DNA from: Bacillota bacterium
GTDB lineage: Bacteria; Bacillota; Clostridia; Christensenellales; Aristaeellaceae
Direction of reading: 5' to 3'
Assembly: GCA_023413135.1 (NCBI GenBank)
Contig: JAEZQK010000061.1
Span: 25,265-49,264 of the forward strand
DNA: 24,000 nt
Of the stretch, positions 18,428-24,000 are shown piece after piece. Position 1 is the first letter of the stretch, and each line of letters opens with the position of its first letter. Both the position numbers and the translations under genes were made by a program. The notes beneath the pieces were generated by a model, which worked only from the letters and a program-made list of their open reading frames with translations, was not told the DNA's origin and did not search any database.

Positions 18428-18685
18428 GAATCGCCCCTTGTGAAATGCACAAAAAGAACATCGATCAAAGCCTTATTCTTCTTCAGCTTTTTCACAATTT
18501 GTAGTATAATAAATATTTTATTCGTATGCATCACATAGAGATTTTATTCATAATTCATATCTATATAGGCAACGGGTGTATGCTCTTGACGCCTGGATAT
18601 GCACATGGCTATGCTATTTGCAAATGCAGGATCGTCTCGGGAACAATGCATATACATTCTTTTTGACATGTTATGCACATTTGGA

Positions 18686-20176
18686 TTATGGCATCCTCTG
18701 CATGACCGTATGGAACAGTGTCAAGCCATAAGCGGACTTGAACGGCGGGCCTTCCAGCATGCGATAGGTATTGCTTCCATCCCGGCTCCGCTGCGCCTTT
18801 AAGAACAATGTGTCGCTGGATGAGTGTTCGTATACGTCCATGGCGTAGCCGTACAAATGCGTCACAAAAATGACCAGGACCTGGGATTCCATAAGTGCCG
18901 GAACGATCTCCCCCGCAAGGCGCTTTGCGTCGCCGGGCGTGGTTGTCTGGAACGATTCGTTCATCAAAAGCAGCGCTCCGGGCCGCAAATCATCCACCAG
19001 TCCGCTAAGCTTTCTTAGCTCCACCTCCAGAAGGCCCATTTGCATGCGGGAATCCTCCCCGTTGGGGAAATGTGTGAATATGCCTGTGTACACCGGGCAA
19101 AGGTATTGTTTTGCCGTAATGAACATGCCGCACTGAGCCAGTAATTGGGCAAGGCCTACACTGCGCAGGAACGTGGTCTTTCCGCCCTGGTTGGGCCCGG
19201 TAATCAAGACCTGGCGCTTTTTCGAAAAGCATAGATCGTTGCCGGCCGGTACGTTTTCCTCTTTCAGCGCAAGCCCTGCATCCACTAGCAGTGCCGCCTC
19301 ATGTCGCCCTTCCACAAATTCCGGATAGCAGACCGGCACGTCAAGGGATGCAAGCCTTTGGTGCAGCCTTATGCAGCCGACAAAGAATTTCATTTGAAAT
19401 TCCAGCTTTTCTAAAAAGCGCTGCACCGCCCTGTTAAAGCCTGTGATGGTCGCGAGGACGGGTGCCAGCGCCTTTTCCGTAATCTCCTGCGCATTTTGGA
19501 TCAGCGTGATGCTGTTGAGGGGGATCACAGCGCCCCGGGCCGCAAAGGATAAGCGGGTCTTTTTCTCCGGTCCCATAACCCTGTTCAGCACGACATCCGC
19601 CTGCTTGAGCCCATCTCCGATCCGGCCGCTGATCCAAACGCCGCACCCCTGCCGGAGGGCTAACAATTCCTCTATCCGCGATTGGATGCTGGAAAGGTAT
19701 TCATCTGAAAGCGTGTCCTGTACCGCATCGCATAAATGAAGCAAACCATCTGCCTTAAAATTGCACCTGTGCCGGCTCAAGAGCGATTTCAGCTTATGCA
19801 GGCCCTGAATGAATATCCTGGCGATCTCCGTTTCATTGACAATTTTATTGCTGTTTGAAATCACCTTGTCGTATTTGGGTTTCACATACTCGACGTACTT
19901 TTGCATACGTTCCAGCGTCCCTCTGGTCTCCGTCCATAGCGATTCAAAGGCTTCCCCGTTTTTCACCGCATCCCTTACCACCAAATTGCGCATCTGGATG
20001 GAGTGTGCATCGGTAAGCGGATTCGTCAAAACCGCCGCGCAAGCATCGTAAACAGATTTGTCGCCACCGGACATCACACCAAGAAGGATATCCAGCTTCA
20101 AATCCCTGATGAGATCCTTGGCCCTGGGTGTTTGCTCCCCGAGCGGAGCATCCATAAACAACAGATCAAATTCCAT
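18686..20176 (-). CDS. MutS-like ATPase (domain III/V-type, no recognisable mismatch-binding domain), member 1 of pair
   Basis: Start MEFDLLFMDAPLG at 20176. P-loop VLITGPNQGGKTTFLRSVGLAQLLAQCG; Walker B-like GALLLMNESFQTTTPGDAKRLAGEIV; VIFVTHLYGYAM. Confidence 0.85.
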   Translation of the reverse strand: MEFDLLFMDAPLGEQTPRAKDLIRDLKLDILLGVMSGGDKSVYDACAAVLTNPLTDAHSIQMRNLVVRDAVKNGEAFESLWTETRGTLERMQKYVEYVKPKYDKVISNSNKIVNETEIARIFIQGLHKLKSLLSRHRCNFKADGLLHLCDAVQDTLSDEYLSSIQSRIEELLALRQGCGVWISGRIGDGLKQADVVLNRVMGPEKKTRLSFAARGAVIPLNSITLIQNAQEITEKALAPVLATITGFNRAVQRFLEKLEFQMKFFVGCIRLHQRLASLDVPVCYPEFVEGRHEAALLVDAGLALKEENVPAGNDLCFSKKRQVLITGPNQGGKTTFLRSVGLAQLLAQCGMFITAKQYLCPVYTGIFTHFPNGEDSRMQMGLLEVELRKLSGLVDDLRPGALLLMNESFQTTTPGDAKRLAGEIVPALMESQVLVIFVTHLYGYAMDVYEHSSSDTLFLKAQRSRDGSNTYRMLEGPPFKSAYGLTLFHTVMQRMP

Positions 20177-21797
20177 TTGCGATCCGCTCCTTGATTTTTG
20201 TCGCGGTAAGGTGGTGCCTGCACGCGATTTCATTGGCGTACGCCTGTCCGTCGGGTTCCGCCCGTATAATCTTGTACATCCGCTGCCCGCTTGTCTTTTC
20301 TATCTGTGCCACCATGCTTACGGCATGCTGTAACCGCAGCCCGTCTATGTGCGTGACGCATACAACGTGAGCCCCCGCCTCCGCGAGCAGTTCCAGCGTG
20401 CGGCCGGCCATATCCAAGGCGTCCTGGGCGGTGGCAGAGGAAAAAAGCTCGTTGAGGATCACCATGCTGTTTTTCCCGGCGCCTTGCAGGATGGGCCTGA
20501 GCCTTAATAGCTCCTCCTTGAGCTTGCCGTTGTCCACGGTGGCATCCTCCGCCTGGGTAAACTGCGAAAAAATGGCATTATACAGCGGCAGGCATGCCCG
20601 CTGACACGGAACAGGCAGCCCCAGCGCCGTAAGCACCGCAATCTGCCCGATGCTCCTGGCATATGTCGTCTTGCCGCCCTGGTTCGCGCCTGTGATGACC
20701 GCGCTTTTTTCCTCCTGTGACAAAATGAAATCATTGGGCACCACCGTATCGGTACCGATGGCAAGTGCCAGGTCGTACGCACCCTCGAGGAAGACTTCCC
20801 TCTTCACGGCGATTTCCGGATATGTGAAGACGTGACCTTTGCCGCGCAGCATAATCATTAAGTCCAGGTACAGGAAATAAAACCGGATTTCCTTTACAAA
20901 GCGCCCGATAAACGGCACCGGGAGAATCGATGTTTCCTCCGCGGCTTCGTGCGCTTCTTGGAAAACCTTTGGATGCTTTTCCATCAGCGCCTTGATGATC
21001 ATCACTTCCAAAGGAGACAGCTCTACCTGCCTGAAAGGGAGTATCTCCATCTGCCTTTCGCCAATCTCCGTGCCCCACCTTGCATTTGTATCAAAATCCT
21101 GATACAGGGCTTGTGCGTAATCAGCCGTATCCGCCTCAAAATCCACATGCAGGATGCCGTCATTCACGCGAAGGCTGTATGAAATCCGCTCTAGCGCGTT
21201 CTTGGCCCGTAAGGCATGATCCTCCAGCTTCTTAAACCGCGCTTCTTTTATATAAGCCCGAACCGCGTCCAGAAAGCCCGTGAGGCCCTGGGACCGGATC
21301 GGCAGCGTGGATGTTTGATCAAGCAGATTCTGAATGGCAGCACAGTAAACAGCGGTACCATCCAGCGCATATTTGTCCCTCTGACTGGGATGGTGCGCCT
21401 GCCTGCCATATTGAAGGAGCCTTCCCGCCTTTGCCATGGACTGAAGAAATGTTCGAAAAGCGCTGCCTGTCTTTGTTTCCTCCAGTGCCCGCATCACTTC
21501 CTGGCGGTAAAGCACCATGGCGGCATCGGGGCAAAAATGATAAAACAACTCCCGCAGTTCCTCATCAGCTTCATGGCATAGCACATTATCCATGACCTGA
21601 TCCAGGTTCAGGTCCAGATAAAGTCCCGGGCGCATAGGCGCATCCGGTTTGCCCACCTTTGGCGCCAACATGATCTTGTTGCCGCGAACAGTATACTTTT
21701 CTCCTTTTTTATCATCCGCCCGTTCTGTCAGCCAGGGATGGTTCCCGGACCGCGCCTCATCTTCCAAAGAGGGAAACAAAATGCTGTAAAACGCCAT
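20166..21797 (-). CDS. MutS-like ATPase (domain III/V-type), member 2 of pair
   Basis: Start MAFYSILFPSLEDE at 21797, preceded by GGAG. P-loop AVITGANQGGKTTYARSIGQIAVLTALG; Walker B-like NSMVILNELFSSATAQDALDMAGR; VVCVTHIDGL. 11-nt overlap with member 1. Confidence 0.85.
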   Translation of the reverse strand: MAFYSILFPSLEDEARSGNHPWLTERADDKKGEKYTVRGNKIMLAPKVGKPDAPMRPGLYLDLNLDQVMDNVLCHEADEELRELFYHFCPDAAMVLYRQEVMRALEETKTGSAFRTFLQSMAKAGRLLQYGRQAHHPSQRDKYALDGTAVYCAAIQNLLDQTSTLPIRSQGLTGFLDAVRAYIKEARFKKLEDHALRAKNALERISYSLRVNDGILHVDFEADTADYAQALYQDFDTNARWGTEIGERQMEILPFRQVELSPLEVMIIKALMEKHPKVFQEAHEAAEETSILPVPFIGRFVKEIRFYFLYLDLMIMLRGKGHVFTYPEIAVKREVFLEGAYDLALAIGTDTVVPNDFILSQEEKSAVITGANQGGKTTYARSIGQIAVLTALGLPVPCQRACLPLYNAIFSQFTQAEDATVDNGKLKEELLRLRPILQGAGKNSMVILNELFSSATAQDALDMAGRTLELLAEAGAHVVCVTHIDGLRLQHAVSMVAQIEKTSGQRMYKIIRAEPDGQAYANEIACRHHLTATKIKERIANGI

Positions 21798-21835
21798 AGT
21801 AGCTGCTCCTTGCCTTGGCTTTCCGCCGCACATAT

Positions 21836-21866
21836 AGCATAGACCCTGACGCATGTGCAGAGTCAA
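21836..21866 (-). promoter_or_regulatory. MerR-type promoter/operator ahead of the MutS-like pair
   Basis: Minus strand TTGACT (21861-21866), 19 bp, TATGCT (21836-21841), with dyad GACTCTG-n9-CAGGGTC at 21842-21864. TSS would give a ~30-nt leader. Confidence 0.8.
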
Positions 21867-21936
21867 CAATATCTTTTCTTCCTCTTGATAATGGCATATA
21901 ATGATGGTATGAAATGCGGCAAAGGGAGTTTCGAAT

Positions 21937-22383
21937 ATGAAAATGAAAATCGGCGAATTTGCGGCCTTCAGCGATGTATCCATCCGTGCGCTGCGCTTAT
22001 ACGATAGAATAGGGCTATTGAAGCCCTCCTTTGTGGATAAGGAATCCGGCTACCGGTATTATCTTCCCGACCAGATACAGACGCTTTACACCATCGTAAG
22101 CTTCAAGAAGGTCGGTTTTTCCCTCAAAGAAATCAAGGAGATGATATCCGCCCATCTTGACCGGGAGGCTGTGATCAAACGGCTGCGTGCAAAGCAGCGG
22201 GAAAATGAGCGTACCGCAGCCATATGCCAATACAATATGGAGAATATTCAAAAAATGCTGGACGCGCTGTCCGCTGCTCCCGAAGAGCCTGATGATCAAA
22301 AGCAAGCCCAGCGCCTTTCCCGGATCGCTTGCCTGGATAATGATAAGCTGGAACACGATTTTTCACAGATCCTGTGGCTGTAG
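21937..22383 (+). CDS. MerR family transcriptional regulator
   Basis: MKMKIGEFAAFSDVSIRALRLYDRIGLLKPSFVDKESGYRYYLPDQI, a canonical MerR HTH; RBS AAAGGGAG. Confidence 0.93.
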   Translation: MKMKIGEFAAFSDVSIRALRLYDRIGLLKPSFVDKESGYRYYLPDQIQTLYTIVSFKKVGFSLKEIKEMISAHLDREAVIKRLRAKQRENERTAAICQYNMENIQKMLDALSAAPEEPDDQKQAQRLSRIACLDNDKLEHDFSQILWL

Positions 22384-22411
22384 GACACCTTTGCCGAATC
22401 ATTCCCATCCA

Positions 22412-22440
22412 TTGCGTTTTTTTCGGATCATTGCTATAAT
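22412..22440 (+). promoter_or_regulatory. Promoter of the GntR/RCK_C regulator
   Basis: TTGCGT (22412-22417), 17 bp, TATAAT (22435-22440). Confidence 0.6.
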
Positions 22441-22496
22441 ATTTCCGATTCGGGCAGGATGTGTTTGAAATATTCCCTGCCAAAGGACGCGTGATT

Positions 22497-23123
22497 ATGA
22501 CCGGCTCCGTCACATCCCCCGTCTACTCCCAGATCGCTTTGGACATCGCCCTGCGCATTGTAAGAGGCGAGCTGAAGGAAAACACGAAGGTATATGGCCG
22601 TTCCACAATGGCCTCCGAATACGGCGTTTCCCCCGAAACCATCCGGCGGGCCATGAAGCTGCTGGAGGATATGGAGATCATTGAAGTACGCCAGAACAGC
22701 GGCGTGGTGATCCTCTCCAGCGAAAAAGCCAGGCTGTATGTGGATAAACATAGCGAGCAGAACGACATCCGCCTTCGGCAAAAGGAATTGAACCAATTGC
22801 TTTTGCAGCAGGTGGAACTGGTGCGGCGCATTGAGGATGTGGCCGGTTCCATCGTGCACATCAACGAGCGCTTTTCTAAGACCACCCCCTTTTTAAATTA
22901 TGAGGCTGTACTGCCGGAAGGATGTCCCCTGATCGGAAAGAATCTGGGCGAACTGAAGTTCTGGCAGCAGACGGGGGCCACCGTCATCGCCATCCGCCGG
23001 AAGGACAGGATCATTCTTTCCCCGGGCCCCTATGCCACCCTGGAGGAAAAGGATGTCCTGCTGTTTGTGGGCGATCTGAACTGTCCACGCGCGGTCAGCA
23101 CATTCCTGACACAAGGCTACTGA
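22497..23123 (+). CDS. GntR-type HTH regulator fused to a TrkA-C/RCK_C domain (BusR-like)
   Basis: MTGSVTSPVYSQIALDIALRIVRGELKENTKVYGRSTMASEYGVSPETIRRAMKLLEDMEIIEV (GntR wHTH), coiled linker, then LPEGCPLIGKNLGELKFWQQTGATVIAIRRKDRIILSPGPYATLEEKDVLLFVGD (RCK_C). Confidence 0.85.
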   Translation: MTGSVTSPVYSQIALDIALRIVRGELKENTKVYGRSTMASEYGVSPETIRRAMKLLEDMEIIEVRQNSGVVILSSEKARLYVDKHSEQNDIRLRQKELNQLLLQQVELVRRIEDVAGSIVHINERFSKTTPFLNYEAVLPEGCPLIGKNLGELKFWQQTGATVIAIRRKDRIILSPGPYATLEEKDVLLFVGDLNCPRAVSTFLTQGY

Positions 23124-23131
23124 ACGATATG

Positions 23132-23156
23132 GCGCCGAAAATGACGGCGCTTTTTT
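23132..23156 (+). terminator. Intrinsic terminator after the BusR-like gene
   Basis: GCGCCG-aaaatga-CGGCGC-TTTTTT. Confidence 0.85.
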
Positions 23157-23221
23157 CATATCTGCTCCTTCCGCTGCATATGATCCGTTGTGCGCTTTTG
23201 AGGGGCCCTGTTTTTCGTTGG

Positions 23222-23260
23222 TTGACATCTGACAACTTGTACACTATAATTAAGTTGCCA
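23222..23260 (+). promoter_or_regulatory. Promoter with overlapping inverted repeat upstream of the osmoprotectant ABC ATPase
   Basis: TTGACA (23222-23227), 17 bp, TATAAT (23245-23250); inverted repeat TGACAACTTG (23230-23239)/TAAGTTGCCA (23251-23260) centred on the -10. Confidence 0.8.
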
Positions 23261-23297
23261 CTTTTAAGAAATGCATTTTTGTTGAAGGGATGATGAG

Positions 23298-24000
23298 ATG
23301 ATCGAATTTGAGCACGTATATAAAAGCTACGGCCGCAATCTGATCCTGGACGACCTGAGCCTTAGCATCAAAGCCGGGGAGTTCGTAGTATTGATCGGCC
23401 CTAGCGGATGCGGCAAAACCACCACTCTGAAAGCGATCAACCGCTTGATCGAGGCGGACCGCGGCGCCATCCGCATCGGCGGAAAAGATATCAAAGCCCA
23501 GGACCCGGTAGCCCTTCGCCGCACCATTGGGTACGTCATCCAGCAGATCGGATTGTTCCCCAACATGACAGTCGAACAAAACATTGCCGTTGTGCCAAAG
23601 CTTTTGAAACAGCCAAAGGAAAAATGGCGGGAGACGGTGCATTCCCTTTTGGAGCTTGTGAATATGCCCTACGACCAGTATGCCAAAAAGTATCCATCGC
23701 AGTTATCTGGCGGGCAGCAGCAGCGCATCGGCGTGCTTCGGGCACTGGCTGCCTCGCCGCCCATTGTTTTGATGGATGAGCCTTTCGGTGCGCTGGATCC
23801 TATCACGCGGGACTCCCTGCAGGAAGAAATCAAGCGTATTCAAAAAAAGCTGAAGAAAACCATTGTGTTCGTCACCCACGATATGGAGGAAGCGCTGCGC
23901 CTGGCGGATACCATCGTGTTCATGGACTGTGGCAAGATCGTGCAGACGGCTTCACCGGAGGAAATGCTCAAAAGCCCTGCCGCACCCATTGTGCGCAGCT
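23298..24000 (+). CDS. Glycine betaine/carnitine/choline-type ABC transporter ATP-binding protein (OpuA/OpuC-like), partial at window edge
   Basis: MIEFEHVYKSYGRNLILDDLSLSIKAGEFVVLIGPSGCGKTTTLKAINRLIEADRGAIRIGG...QLSGGQQQRIGVLRALAASPPIVLMDEPFGALDPITR. Confidence 0.92.
   Translation, partial: MIEFEHVYKSYGRNLILDDLSLSIKAGEFVVLIGPSGCGKTTTLKAINRLIEADRGAIRIGGKDIKAQDPVALRRTIGYVIQQIGLFPNMTVEQNIAVVPKLLKQPKEKWRETVHSLLELVNMPYDQYAKKYPSQLSGGQQQRIGVLRALAASPPIVLMDEPFGALDPITRDSLQEEIKRIQKKLKKTIVFVTHDMEEALRLADTIVFMDCGKIVQTASPEEMLKSPAAPIVRS

Noticed and set aside
18599-18802. Plus-strand 67 aa ORF after the opp operon
   Set aside because: Partly antisense to the MutS-like gene 3' end, no RBS, no recognisable motif.
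20504-20782. Minus-strand 92 aa ORF inside the second MutS-like gene
   Set aside because: Alternative frame of a longer conserved gene with Arg/Pro-rich composition.
1-24000. tRNA, rRNA, CRISPR arrays, transposases or integrases
   Set aside because: None recognised by eye in either strand; a tRNAscan/ISfinder run was not possible.

Overview
This is a Firmicutes/Clostridia-like 24 kb window, coded mostly on the minus strand. In order it contains: (i) a glycine cleavage operon (gcvT-gcvH-gcvPA-gcvPB-lplA-lpdA partial) behind a sigma70-like promoter and a probable tandem glycine riboswitch; (ii) a repeat-bearing intergenic region; (iii) a sulfur/redox cluster (CoA-disulfide/persulfide reductase with rhodanese domain, single rhodanese, thioredoxin) followed upstream by a Cys/His-rich protein and thpR; (iv) an L-rhamnose mutarotase; (v) an AT-richer accessory segment in which a near-consensus promoter drives a ~180-nt structured, possibly pseudoknotted RNA. 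That RNA ends in an intrinsic terminator directly before the RBS of a PBECR4-like (predicted nuclease/toxin fold) gene, an architecture that resembles type III toxin-antitoxin loci; (vi) a complete oppABCDF-like operon with a decayed copy of the oppF tail after it; (vii) two overlapping MutS-like ATPase genes without recognisable mismatch-binding or Smr domains. They lie divergent from a MerR regulator whose expected 19-bp-spacer promoter/dyad sits ahead of the pair; (viii) a GntR-HTH + RCK_C (BusR-like, predicted c-di-AMP responsive) regulator ahead of an OpuA/OpuC-like osmoprotectant ABC ATPase, with an inverted repeat over its promoter. The best candidates for previously undescribed biology are the structured-RNA/PBECR4 locus and the MerR/paired MutS-like module. 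All family assignments were made by reading motifs; no database search was run.
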